Of a DNA stretch of 64,000 nt, positions 20,461 through 29,936 are shown piece after piece. The stretch's first letter is position 1; every line of letters starts with the position of its first letter. The DNA comes from Alphaproteobacteria bacterium (GTDB lineage: Bacteria > Pseudomonadota > Alphaproteobacteria > Micropepsales > Micropepsaceae). The stretch spans positions 34,968 to 98,967 of the forward strand of contig JAEUMK010000014.1 in NCBI GenBank assembly GCA_016792565.1. Reading direction: 5' to 3'. Below the pieces are notes generated by a model, which did no database searches, was not told the origin of the DNA, and saw only the letters and a list, made by a program, of their open reading frames with translations. A program made the position numbers and the translations under genes.

Positions 20461-21846
20461 GATGGCGGCGCTCGCCGGACAGGGATCGGGTGCATCGATC
20501 TCGGCGATCGTTCGCCGCAAAGTGGGATCGTTCAGCACCGCCAGGCGACCGGCGTCGATCAACTGCTCCACTTGATCAGGGGAGATCGTCAGCCCGGTCG
20601 GGATGTCTTTGAGGGCGTCGGCCGCCGGCTGGTCGCTGAGCGCGACATGCACCAGCGCCGCGCGCGCACCCAGATTTTCGCCCGTGCGCCCGGCGCATCG
20701 CAGCGCCGTCAGGTTGGCCGCCACGGCACTGCCTGAGCTTCGGGCAAGCCGCAGGGTCTCGAAATTGTACTGGTCGATCGTATTCGACGTAACAGCGTCG
20801 GCGATGCGCAACAGGTCGCCGACCACTGGCGTGCGGTTGATCTCGCGGTCCTGGGCGGACTGTCCGTCAATCGAAATAAATATGATGCGACGCAGCCGCT
20901 GGACGCGACCGGTCGGGTCAGGCGCGGCGGCAGGCGTGTCGTATCGCGAAATGTAGTTGAGCAGGCCGCGCATCGCGAGATTGTCGCCGACGCCCCCGTC
21001 GACCAGATGCACATAGGCGTCTCTGTCGGCCTCGGTGTAGCGCCGCGCCAGCTTCGCCTGCTGGCGCTGGCGCGACAGCGGGTCGGCATCCGCCAGCGCC
21101 GGCGCGATCCAGCCAGGCTCGGTCCTGCAAAAGGCGCTGTAGTTCTTGAGCGTGATCGGCGTGAAGAGGATCGGAAAGCCGTTTGAGGCCGCGACTGCCC
21201 GGGCCAGAGGGTAGTCGGAGAGATCCGAACAGATCAGGTCGAACTGGTTCTGGATAAACGGAAAGGGTGTGCCGCTGGCCAGATCGGTCGCCTGAATCAT
21301 CGCATAGGGCGGCCCGAGCTTCTGAAGGTCGCCAAAGGTCGCGCCGCGGAACATCAAATCGTCGTAGACCCGGGCCATCTCATCGTTGGTCCCCCAGTTG
21401 GGGTTGACCATCCAGTCCCAGCGCCAGGGCAGCAGGTAGATGCCGGCGATCTCGTCGTTCAGGTCCTCGTCCAGGAAGTCACGGCGAAAGGTCTCGAACA
21501 TCGCGTCGCGGTGCAGCGCATAGTAGGCGGCCGGGAAACTGCCGCCGGAGACTCCGGTTAGAAGATCGATCTCGTGCAGAAGGCTGCCGGTGCGCTCGCC
21601 GGATCCAAGGCCTATCTCGCGCATAGCCAGCAGCGCGCCGTAGCCGAAAGCCGCCGAGCGCTTGCCCCCGCCGGAGAACGAGACGACGACGAGCAGATCA
21701 TCCGAGCTGCGGGCCGACGAGAGACTGTCGAGGCGGTAGCCCTTCGTTTCGTCCATCGTTGCGAGGGGGGCGTTGACCTGCGCCTGCAGCGAGGCGCATC
21801 CGGCGGTCAACAGCCCGGCAAGACTGACTGCAACGAACGATCTCAT
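20455..21846 (-). CDS. Patatin-like phospholipase, predicted lipoprotein
   Basis: Start MRSFVAVS; lipobox LTAG-C; SGGGKR, GVSGG (GxSxG), DGG catalytic motif. Confidence 0.88.
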   Translation of the reverse strand: MRSFVAVSLAGLLTAGCASLQAQVNAPLATMDETKGYRLDSLSSARSSDDLLVVVSFSGGGKRSAAFGYGALLAMREIGLGSGERTGSLLHEIDLLTGVSGGSFPAAYYALHRDAMFETFRRDFLDEDLNDEIAGIYLLPWRWDWMVNPNWGTNDEMARVYDDLMFRGATFGDLQKLGPPYAMIQATDLASGTPFPFIQNQFDLICSDLSDYPLARAVAASNGFPILFTPITLKNYSAFCRTEPGWIAPALADADPLSRQRQQAKLARRYTEADRDAYVHLVDGGVGDNLAMRGLLNYISRYDTPAAAPDPTGRVQRLRRIIFISIDGQSAQDREINRTPVVGDLLRIADAVTSNTIDQYNFETLRLARSSGSAVAANLTALRCAGRTGENLGARAALVHVALSDQPAADALKDIPTGLTISPDQVEQLIDAGRLAVLNDPTLRRTIAEIDAPDPCPASAAIK

Positions 21847-21973
21847 GGCTACCCTCGATGCTCCCCAAGCGACTATGGCGGGCGCCAACGCACCGTCAAC
21901 GCTATCTGGTAGCCGAGCATGACAAGGCGTGCCGACTTCGTGTTCAATGGAGCCGGTCTGGATGGGAGAATTC

Positions 21974-23554
21974 ATGCGCCGCTTCATGCTCGCCGCCATT
22001 GCTGCTGTCTCGCTTGTTGCCCCAGCGCCTGCGCAGGTTCTGCCATCTGCAGACATCGATGCGCTGCTGGCGGCATTGCCTGGCGTCGTCGCCACCTACG
22101 AGACCAAGTCCGATATTGGTGGCGTCATTGCGCTTGACGGACTGAAGATCGCAATGAAGAACCCGGACGGCACGCCGGACGAGGCCAACAAGGTCGTCGT
22201 CAGGCGGGCCGAGGCGACCGGTCTCGACGCAGATGCGATCCTCGCCGTCTTTGACGGTGCCCGCTACGGGACAGAGCCCGACCAGACCTTCCGCAGTCTG
22301 TTCAGCCAGCTTGACCTTCGCGACGTTTCGGTCGTCGCCGGCGGCAAGACGGTCGCGACGATCGCCAGTTGGTCGGCCGCTTCGCTCGAGATGAAGCAGT
22401 TCTGGTTTAAGCCGGCAGCCGACATGCGCAGCCAGTTCGGATCGGATGTCGAAATGGCGGCCAAGGTCTTAGGCAATGTGCTCGACTCGACAAGGGCCGG
22501 GCTGTCGTCGATCTCCGGTCTGCACTTGGAAATCGATACTGCGGCGATGGCGGCGGCGATGGCGCCGGGCACGCCGATGCCGCCTTCGCAGGGCATCGAG
22601 GTCTACGACTATGCAGAGATCACGGTCGATGGCTTCGACCGCGGCCGGTGGGGCCGGATGACCTGGAAGGGCCTCTCGTCGCGATCGCCCATGCCGCCGC
22701 TGGGCGAGATGTCGGTCAGCGTTGCGGAGGGTCACTGGGATGGGGCCGACGTCAGCAAGCTCCTGCCCTGGCTGATGCGCGCCGAGTGGCCGCCGGCCGA
22801 ACGCGAGGGTCTTGTTTCCTTCGGGGCGACCTGTGCGACGTCCTACGTCATGTCGATTCCTGGAGTCGGCACACTGGACTTTCCCGAGACGTGCAGCGAG
22901 GCGATCGATTTCGTTTGGCTGATCCCGGTGCAGGTCAGGATCGACATGACCGGTACTTTCACACCCGCGCCGCCCGGTGAGTTCATTGCTCCACCACACG
23001 TCGCCAGGCACTTTAAAGGCCCCCTGGACGCCGGGCTGACGATCGAGGCGCGCTACGATCCGGACGCCGGCACGGCTGCCCTGACGCACTACGGATTTCG
23101 GCTCGGCGGTTTCGGGTCGGTCGACTTCTCTGCGACCGGCGGCGGTCTAGCGCTGGCCGGCCTGGGCCTTCTGCCCCAGACCTATGCCGACATGCTGACG
23201 CTCAATGCCGCCGCCGTCGAACTGGTCGATGAGGGCGGCGTCACCAGAATCCTGGAAATGGCGGCCGACACCGCCAACGCGGAATCCGGGGGTGCAGGTC
23301 AGGTGACCGCCGCCGCGCTAAGACTGCAGGCGAAGGCCGGGCTCGACATGGCCGCCGGCATGCTGGGCAACTCGCCCGAGGCCGCGGCGCTTATCCAGCC
23401 GGTCAAGGCGTTCATCGATGCCGGAGGCACGCTGACGCTGCGTCTCGCGCCGCCTTCGCCGCTGAGGGGCGCCGACTTCGAGGCGCTGGCCGGCAAGCCG
23501 CCTGCCGAAATGCTCCAGATCCTCGGCGTCGAGGCCTCTCACGCTGCGCCTTGA
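21974..23554 (+). CDS. Exported protein of unknown function (526 aa), paralog of 18854..20404
   Basis: GGGAG RBS, signal peptide MRRFMLAAIAAVSLVAPAPA, shared blocks with the first copy, C-terminal KAFIDAGGTLTLRLAPPSP. Confidence 0.85.
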   Translation: MRRFMLAAIAAVSLVAPAPAQVLPSADIDALLAALPGVVATYETKSDIGGVIALDGLKIAMKNPDGTPDEANKVVVRRAEATGLDADAILAVFDGARYGTEPDQTFRSLFSQLDLRDVSVVAGGKTVATIASWSAASLEMKQFWFKPAADMRSQFGSDVEMAAKVLGNVLDSTRAGLSSISGLHLEIDTAAMAAAMAPGTPMPPSQGIEVYDYAEITVDGFDRGRWGRMTWKGLSSRSPMPPLGEMSVSVAEGHWDGADVSKLLPWLMRAEWPPAEREGLVSFGATCATSYVMSIPGVGTLDFPETCSEAIDFVWLIPVQVRIDMTGTFTPAPPGEFIAPPHVARHFKGPLDAGLTIEARYDPDAGTAALTHYGFRLGGFGSVDFSATGGGLALAGLGLLPQTYADMLTLNAAAVELVDEGGVTRILEMAADTANAESGGAGQVTAAALRLQAKAGLDMAAGMLGNSPEAAALIQPVKAFIDAGGTLTLRLAPPSPLRGADFEALAGKPPAEMLQILGVEASHAAP

Positions 23555-23639
23555 ACGACGTCGATTCCCCATCGCCAGAGCGGCGAAGCCGCCGCACAAT
23601 GGTGTCATCGGCATTTCAAGACAGACATGGGGAAGCGCG

Positions 23640-24422
23640 ATGACGGCGTATCAGACGATCCTGGCGGAGAACCGCGGCGCGGTGACGCTGCTGACGCTGA
23701 ACCGGCCAGAGCGGCTGAACGCCTGGACTCCGCAGATGTTCATCGACCTCGGCGCGGCGATCGAGGCGGCCAACGCCGATAGGGCCATCGGCGCCATCGT
23801 GGTGACCGGCGCAGGGCGTGGGTTCTGTGCCGGGGCCGATATCCAGGACGTCTTCAAGGCGCAGGCCGAGACAGGCGCGGGCGAGGATGGCCGGACGGCA
23901 GGGGTCGACTGGATCAACCTCTGCCGCCGGTCGAAACCCCTGGTCGCCGCCGTCAATGGCCCTGCGGTCGGTATCGGCGTCACCATGATCCTGCCGTTCG
24001 ACGTGATCGTCGCTTCGGAGGCGGCCAAGATGGGACTGCCCTTCGTGCGGATGGGCATCGTGCCGGAACTGGCTTCCTCGCATCTTCTCAGCCGCCGGAT
24101 CGGCTTCGGCCGGGCCAGCGAACTGATGCTCACCGGACGGCTGATTTCCGGGGCGGAGGCGGCGTCCAAGGGGCTCGCCGACATCCTCGCCACGCCTGAA
24201 AACCTGATGGATGAGGCACTTCGGACGGCAGCCCTGATCGCCGCCAACCCCGACCCGATGCTGCGCATGACCAAGCAATTGCTGGCTGAGAATGCCGTGG
24301 AGAGCGATCTTGCTGCAGTGCAGCGCCGCGAGATCGAGATGTTGCGGGTCTGCTACCAGACGCCGGAGCACAAGGAGGCGATCGCCGCCTTCATGGAGAA
24401 GCGTCCGGCGCGGTTCCGCTGA
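23640..24422 (+). CDS. Enoyl-CoA hydratase/isomerase (crotonase) family
   Basis: LNRPERLNA, FCAGADI, AAVNGPAVG, EAIAAFMEKR. Confidence 0.92.
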   Translation: MTAYQTILAENRGAVTLLTLNRPERLNAWTPQMFIDLGAAIEAANADRAIGAIVVTGAGRGFCAGADIQDVFKAQAETGAGEDGRTAGVDWINLCRRSKPLVAAVNGPAVGIGVTMILPFDVIVASEAAKMGLPFVRMGIVPELASSHLLSRRIGFGRASELMLTGRLISGAEAASKGLADILATPENLMDEALRTAALIAANPDPMLRMTKQLLAENAVESDLAAVQRREIEMLRVCYQTPEHKEAIAAFMEKRPARFR

Positions 24423-24499
24423 AGCCCCCGGCGCTGCAATCACTTTCCTTCCGCCGCAGTCTGTGCTGATTTGCCCGTCTGCGGGACCACCCCTGGGAG

Positions 24500-25087
24500 A
24501 TGACTGTTCAGATGAAAGCCTTCGCTGCGGCCGCCGCCGCCCTTCTGCTCTGCGCCACGCCCACCTTCGCCCAGGAGGCCCCCGAGGCGCCTGCCGCCGA
24601 GGCTCCGGTCAAGGAAGCCAAGCCGATATCGCACTTCTTCGGTGTGTTCCAAGGCCCGACCAAGATTGTCAGCGGCGCCGGCGCTGACACGGCCGAGGCG
24701 TCCGGTCGCCTGTCGCGGGTCGAGACGACGGCCGCCGGCAAGGGATTCACCATCACCTGGTCGACCCTCTACATCGACGACGAGAACCCGTCGGAGATCA
24801 AGATCAAGGACTCCACCGAGATCACCTTCGTGCCGGCCAAGGAGGCGAATGTCTTCAAGCAGAAGGACGCGCCGGAACTGTGGACCGGCAAGCCGCACTA
24901 CTGGGCCCGTATCGACGGTGACACGCTGCACGTCTCGGCGCTGGTGCTCGACGCAAACGGCACCTACGACGTCACACACTACGCCCGCACCGTGCAGGGC
25001 GATGCGATGCGCCTTGAGTTCGCTCGCTTCAAGGACGGACAGCTGCAGCGCGAAGTGACCGGTACGCTGGAGCGCGCCGCCGACTAG
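24500..25087 (+). CDS. Exported hypothetical protein, beta-rich domain after an Ala/Pro/Glu linker
   Basis: GGGAG RBS, signal peptide ending TFA-QE, own terminator. Confidence 0.78.
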   Translation: MTVQMKAFAAAAAALLLCATPTFAQEAPEAPAAEAPVKEAKPISHFFGVFQGPTKIVSGAGADTAEASGRLSRVETTAAGKGFTITWSTLYIDDENPSEIKIKDSTEITFVPAKEANVFKQKDAPELWTGKPHYWARIDGDTLHVSALVLDANGTYDVTHYARTVQGDAMRLEFARFKDGQLQREVTGTLERAAD

Positions 25088-25104
25088 GCGGCAGCCCGCC
25101 ATTC

Positions 25105-25139
25105 GCCCCGGACGCGGAGCCCCCGCGTCCGGGGCTTTT
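25105..25139 (+). terminator. Rho-independent terminator
   Basis: GCCCCGGACGCGG-agccc-CCGCGTCCGGGGC followed by TTTT. Confidence 0.8.
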
Positions 25140-25156
25140 CGTTGCAGTGAGTCCGA

Positions 25157-26002
25157 ATGAGCGAACCCAAGCATCGTATGATCGGCCTGCCTGACGGCGA
25201 GGTCCACATCCTCGACTGGGGTGGCGGCGGTCCGGCCGTCCATTTCGCGCATGCCAACGGTTTCAACGGCGCGACCTATGCGAACATCCTCGCGCCGCTG
25301 GCTAACGAGGCGCGGCTCCTCGCTTCTGATCTGAGAGGTCACGGCTTCACGACGCTTCCCGCCCAGCCTGACGCCCATCCCGGCTGGCCGGTATTCGCCG
25401 CCGACCTCGCGGCGATGCTGGATGCGCTGGACGCCGGGCCATACGTGCTCGCCGGCCACTCAATGGGCGCGACGAGCAGCCTACTCGTTGCCGCGCTACG
25501 GCCCGAACTGGTGCGCGCCCTCGTCCTCTTCGATCCGGTCGCGTCCGACTTCCCGCCGGCTATCGACCGAGACGCGATCCCGCTGGTCGTCGGTGCGCGC
25601 AAGCGGCGGGCAGTCTTTCCGGATGCAGAGACGGCGTTGACCGCCTATATCGGCCGCGGCGCGTTCAAGACTTGGCCGGACGAGACCATCGCCGCCTATC
25701 TGAAGGGCGGCCTCAAGCCTGATCCCGAGGGTGTGCGCCTCGCCTGCGATCCGATGTGGGAGGCAGCCAATTTTCGCATGGGGCCGGCCGGGGTACAGGA
25801 GGCGGTCGATGCGGTGCGCTGCCCCATCGCAGTCTTCACCGCCGCTGAAGGCTCGACCACAGGTGCGCCGGCTCTGGCGCGGCTGCGCGATCGCCGCCCC
25901 GACGCGCGCATCGAGCGCGTGCCGGGCACGACCCACTTCCTTCCTATGGAACGGCCCGATCTGGTGCGTGCGGCGATCCGCGAGGCGCTCAGCTTGCGAT
26001 AA
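25157..26002 (+). CDS. Alpha/beta hydrolase
   Basis: HANGF, DLRGHG, GHSMG nucleophile, THFLPME. Confidence 0.9.
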   Translation: MSEPKHRMIGLPDGEVHILDWGGGGPAVHFAHANGFNGATYANILAPLANEARLLASDLRGHGFTTLPAQPDAHPGWPVFAADLAAMLDALDAGPYVLAGHSMGATSSLLVAALRPELVRALVLFDPVASDFPPAIDRDAIPLVVGARKRRAVFPDAETALTAYIGRGAFKTWPDETIAAYLKGGLKPDPEGVRLACDPMWEAANFRMGPAGVQEAVDAVRCPIAVFTAAEGSTTGAPALARLRDRRPDARIERVPGTTHFLPMERPDLVRAAIREALSLR

Positions 26003-26825
26003 GCCGGGCTGCGGCGGCGGCGACGCGATCCGGCAGGGGCACAGCCCTGCGGCTCGCCCGGTCGAGGAAAAGCGCCGCGCCCGCCGCCGCCGCCGCCATC
26101 TCGCCACTCTCGGCGTCGAACAACCAGTGGCGGAAGCGCACCGTCTTCGCGCTCATCGCGGTGACGTTCGTCAGCAGGCGGACGATCGATCCCGCCTTCG
26201 GCTTGACGCCATAGCGGATACGGTAGTCGAGCGTCGCGGTCGCAAGATGATGGGCCCGTTGCCAGGCACGCGGTGCATCGAGCATCGCCCAGAGGTGTCC
26301 CTGCGCCTCGGAGAAGCACGCCATCACGCCGCGCGGCGCGAGGCCGCCGTCCGGATCGCACTGCGCCACCTGGACGGCGTTCCGGATCGTCTCCTCGAAT
26401 CCCGCCGCCGCCTCCAGCGTACCTTCGCCTTCGGCGCCCTCGGCTAGGCCCGGCGCGGTCGGCCCGGCGGTGACGAGCGCCGTTCCCACCGGGACAGGAC
26501 CCTCCGCGCCGACATCGACCGCCACGCAGAGATCGCCGTGGCCGTTGCGGACCTCCAGCACGGCGTCCATCACGCCTTCTCCGATCCGCGTCACGCCCCC
26601 ATGAATGGCGACGAGGTCGCTGACATGCATCTCCTTCTGGAAGCGGATGCGATGCCGCGCGATGCGCACCGCCGCGCGGTCCTCGCGCGAGACGCCCATA
26701 GCTGCGAGCAGTCCCGCAAAGGCCTCCGAGGCCTTGGCCACATGGAACTGCACGTTCATGTGGCCCATCTCGTCGCAGTCCCATGGATTGACATAGCCGC
26801 GATAGACGATGGGGAGAGCGCTCAT
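25989..26825 (-). CDS. Double hot-dog acyl-CoA thioesterase
   Basis: YVNPWDCDEMGHMNVQFH in the first half and a degenerate second repeat VQVAQCD; 14 nt after the carboxylase stop. Confidence 0.8.
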   Translation of the reverse strand: MSALPIVYRGYVNPWDCDEMGHMNVQFHVAKASEAFAGLLAAMGVSREDRAAVRIARHRIRFQKEMHVSDLVAIHGGVTRIGEGVMDAVLEVRNGHGDLCVAVDVGAEGPVPVGTALVTAGPTAPGLAEGAEGEGTLEAAAGFEETIRNAVQVAQCDPDGGLAPRGVMACFSEAQGHLWAMLDAPRAWQRAHHLATATLDYRIRYGVKPKAGSIVRLLTNVTAMSAKTVRFRHWLFDAESGEMAAAAAGAALFLDRASRRAVPLPDRVAAAAARLIAS

Positions 26826-26838
26826 CGGCCGGCGTGCC

Positions 26839-28755
26839 TCACGCCGCCGCGATGGTCAAAAGAAGCGCGTTGGGGGCGACCTGTGCGCCTTCGGCGGTCG
26901 AGATGGCGCTGACGACGCCGCCCGCCCGGGCGCGGATCTCGTGCTCCATCTTCATGGACTCAAGGATCGCCACGATGTCGCCCTTGGCGACTATCGCGCC
27001 GACCGCAGCCTTCAGCGCCACCAGCTTGCCGGCCATCGGGCTTCGTACCTCGCCGCTCGCCGAGCCGCCGCCGGCCTCCGGCGGGGCATAGGTCGCGTCC
27101 TCGAACAGCGCCTCGCGCCCGTCGATCCCCAGATGGATGCGCGCACCCATCACCTTGGCGAGCACGCGCCGAACCCCGCCGTCAAGCTCCGCAGCATAGA
27201 GCGCGTTGCCCTCGCGGTCGTGGCCGCGCGGCACGAGTGCGACGCCGCCGTCGCCGGCGACGTCGATGCGGACCGTCGCGCCGCGTTCCTGCAGCAGCAC
27301 CGGCGTCCGCCGCACGCCGTTCGAGCTCCAGCCCGCCCCGGCCCCGCGCGCCAGTATGGCGGCGGCGATGGCGGCAAGCTCGTTGTCGGGGGCGGGAGCC
27401 GCGCTCTCGCGCCGCCCCAGCCAGGCCGTATCGGCCTCGCCGGCAATGAAGACCGGATCGTTCAGGATCGCCCGCAGATAGGCGCGGTTGGTGCGGATGC
27501 CGAGCGGCAGCAGCGCGCCAAGTGCCGCCTCCAGCTTCACCCGCGCCTCCTCGCGCGTTTCGCCGCGCGCGATCACCTTGGCGATCATCGAATCGTAGTC
27601 GCCGCTGACGACCGGCGTCCCGGCGAAGTCGATGCGCACCTGCGGCCACTCGCCCAGCGGCTCCAGCGTCAGCGGCCCGCGCTGCGGCTTGAAGCCGTCG
27701 TCGGGATCTTCGGCGCAGAGCCGCGCTTCGATCGCATGACCGCTGAGCGGCACATGATCGAGGTCGAAGGACAGCGGTCTGCCCATCGCCACGTCGAACT
27801 GGAGGCGGATGAGGTTCAGCCCCGTCACCTCCTCGGTGACCGGATGCTCCACCTGGATGCGGGTGTTCATCTCAAGGAAATAGAAGGCGCCGGAGCGGTC
27901 GATCAGGAACTCGACCGTGCCCGCATTGGAATAGCCGACAGCGCGCGCGAGCGTCTCGGCGGCGGCGCCCATGGCGGCGCGCAGCTCTTCGCTCATGCCG
28001 GGGGCGGGCGCCTCCTCGATGATCTTCTGGTTGCGCCGCTGCACCGAGCAGTCGCGCTCGCCGAGATGGGCGACATTGCCGGCGGCGTCGCCGAAGACCT
28101 GGATCTCGATGTGCCGGGCGAAGTCGATCGCCCTTTCCAGGATCACGCGGTCGTCGGCGAAGGCGCTTTTCGCCTCGCGCCGGGCGCTGGCGAGCGAATC
28201 GGCGAAATCCTCCGCGCGTTCCACGCGGCGCATGCCGCGCCCGCCGCCGCCCATCGCCGCCTTGATCATCACCGGCCAGCCGATCGCCTCGGCCTCGCGG
28301 GCGAGGCGCGCATCGTCCTGATCCTCGCCGTCATAGCCGGGGATCAAGGGCACGCCGGCGGCGCGGGCGATGCGCTTGGCCGCGCCCTTGTCGCCCATCG
28401 CCCGGATCGCCTCGGGCGATGGGCCGATCCACACCATGCCGGCGTCGATGACGCTTTGCGCGAAGTCGGCGTTCTCGGCGAGAAAGCCGTATCCTGGATG
28501 CACCGCCTCCGCGCCGGTCTCGCGTGCGATGGCAAGGATCGCCGGCACATTGAGATAGGAGTGCGCCGCCGCCGCCGGGCCTACCCGCCGCCGCACCTTG
28601 GCGGAGACGGCATGGGCGCTCCATTCGTCGGCGTCGGAGTAGATGGCGATGGGAACGAGGCCCATCGCATTGGCCTCGCGCACCACGCGCGCCGCGATCT
28701 CGCCGCGATTGGCGATGAGGACGCGCGTGAAGGGGCGGGCCGGGGCGCTCATCAC
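26839..28755 (-). CDS. Acyl-CoA carboxylase alpha subunit (biotin carboxylase + biotin carrier), AtuF/MccA-like
   Basis: IANRGEIA, HPGYGFLAEN, EMNTRIQVEHP; biotinylation motif ESMKME. Confidence 0.92.
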   Translation of the reverse strand: MMSAPARPFTRVLIANRGEIAARVVREANAMGLVPIAIYSDADEWSAHAVSAKVRRRVGPAAAAHSYLNVPAILAIARETGAEAVHPGYGFLAENADFAQSVIDAGMVWIGPSPEAIRAMGDKGAAKRIARAAGVPLIPGYDGEDQDDARLAREAEAIGWPVMIKAAMGGGGRGMRRVERAEDFADSLASARREAKSAFADDRVILERAIDFARHIEIQVFGDAAGNVAHLGERDCSVQRRNQKIIEEAPAPGMSEELRAAMGAAAETLARAVGYSNAGTVEFLIDRSGAFYFLEMNTRIQVEHPVTEEVTGLNLIRLQFDVAMGRPLSFDLDHVPLSGHAIEARLCAEDPDDGFKPQRGPLTLEPLGEWPQVRIDFAGTPVVSGDYDSMIAKVIARGETREEARVKLEAALGALLPLGIRTNRAYLRAILNDPVFIAGEADTAWLGRRESAAPAPDNELAAIAAAILARGAGAGWSSNGVRRTPVLLQERGATVRIDVAGDGGVALVPRGHDREGNALYAAELDGGVRRVLAKVMGARIHLGIDGREALFEDATYAPPEAGGGSASGEVRSPMAGKLVALKAAVGAIVAKGDIVAILESMKMEHEIRARAGGVVSAISTAEGAQVAPNALLLTIAAA

Positions 28756-29906
28756 GACCGTCCCGGCAGGGTGCCCATGCCCTTGCAGATGATCTGCAGC
28801 ATCACCTCGTCGGCGCCACCGCCGATGGAGCCCAGCCGTCCGTCGCGGTAGGAGCGCGAGATGCGGGTCTCGTCCATGAAACCCATTCCTCCATAATATT
28901 GCAGGCAGGCATCATTGACGATGCGGCCGAGCCGCGTCGCCTTCAGCTTCGCCATGCTGGCGAGCTGCGTCATGTCCTCGCCCGCGACATAGCGTTCCAC
29001 CGCTTTCCAGGTGAGCGCTCGCAGCGCCTCCACCTCGGTCTGGAGTTCTGCCAGCTTGAAGTGGACGACCTGGTTGTCGAGCACGCTCTTGCCGAAGATC
29101 TTGCGCTCGCGCGTATAGGCGATGCAGTCGTTAATCGTGCGCTCCAGTCCTTCGGCGGCGCTGAGCGCGGCGTACATGCGCTCCTCCTGGAACTGGATCA
29201 TCTGGTATTGGAAGCCGAGGCCTTCCTGTCCGATGCGGTTGCGCTTGGGCACACGCACGTCCTCGAAGAAGATCTGCGCGGTGTCCGACGAGTGCATGCC
29301 CATCTTCTTCAGCGTCCGCGCGACGGTGACGCCCCTGGACTTCATCGGTAGGCAGATCAGCGATTTGTTGCGATGCGCCGGGCCGTCGCCGGTATTGGCG
29401 AGCAGGCACATCCAGTCGGCCTGCGCGCCATTGGTCGTCCACATCTTGCCGCCGTTGATGACGTAGTCGTCGCCGTCGCTGCGGGCGGTCGTCTTGATCG
29501 AGGCGACGTCGCTGCCCGCCCCGACCTCGGAGACGCCGAGGCACGCGACATACTCGCCGCTGATCGAGGGCCTCAGGAATTCCTCGCGCAATTCGTCGCT
29601 GCCGAACTTCGCCAGCGCCGGGGTAGCCATGTCGGTCTGCACGCCGATCGCCATCGGCACCCCGCCGCAATTGATGTGCGCCAGCGCCTCGCAGAAGACG
29701 GCGGTAAAGGAATAATCGAGCCCGAGGCCGCCGAACTGCTCGGGCTTGCCGATGCCGAGAAATCCTTGCGCGCCCATCTTCCGGAACAATTCGTGCGCCG
29801 GAAAGATGCGCGCCTCCTCCCAGGCATCGACATGGGGATTGATCTCGGTCTCGATGAACCGGATCAGCGAGCGTTTCAGTTCGCGGTGCTGGTCGGTGAG
29901 TTGCAT
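28752..29906 (-). CDS. atuD: Acyl-CoA dehydrogenase, citronellyl-CoA dehydrogenase (AtuD)-like
   Basis: GVSEVGAGSDV, SIGGGADEVM; subfamily-like segments CGGVPMAIGVQTDMATPAL and MIQFQEER recalled from AtuD. An alternative GTG start is at 29915. Confidence 0.78.
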   Translation of the reverse strand: MQLTDQHRELKRSLIRFIETEINPHVDAWEEARIFPAHELFRKMGAQGFLGIGKPEQFGGLGLDYSFTAVFCEALAHINCGGVPMAIGVQTDMATPALAKFGSDELREEFLRPSISGEYVACLGVSEVGAGSDVASIKTTARSDGDDYVINGGKMWTTNGAQADWMCLLANTGDGPAHRNKSLICLPMKSRGVTVARTLKKMGMHSSDTAQIFFEDVRVPKRNRIGQEGLGFQYQMIQFQEERMYAALSAAEGLERTINDCIAYTRERKIFGKSVLDNQVVHFKLAELQTEVEALRALTWKAVERYVAGEDMTQLASMAKLKATRLGRIVNDACLQYYGGMGFMDETRISRSYRDGRLGSIGGGADEVMLQIICKGMGTLPGRS

Positions 29907-29936
29907 GACGGTCACTTCGCTGGTTGTCTGAAGACG

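Noticed and set aside
20455-21846. CBASS or other patatin-based antiphage system (also 42160..43971)
   Set aside because: No CD-NTase, Cap2/3 or other defence genes. One patatin is a lipoprotein and the other is an NTE-type housekeeping architecture.
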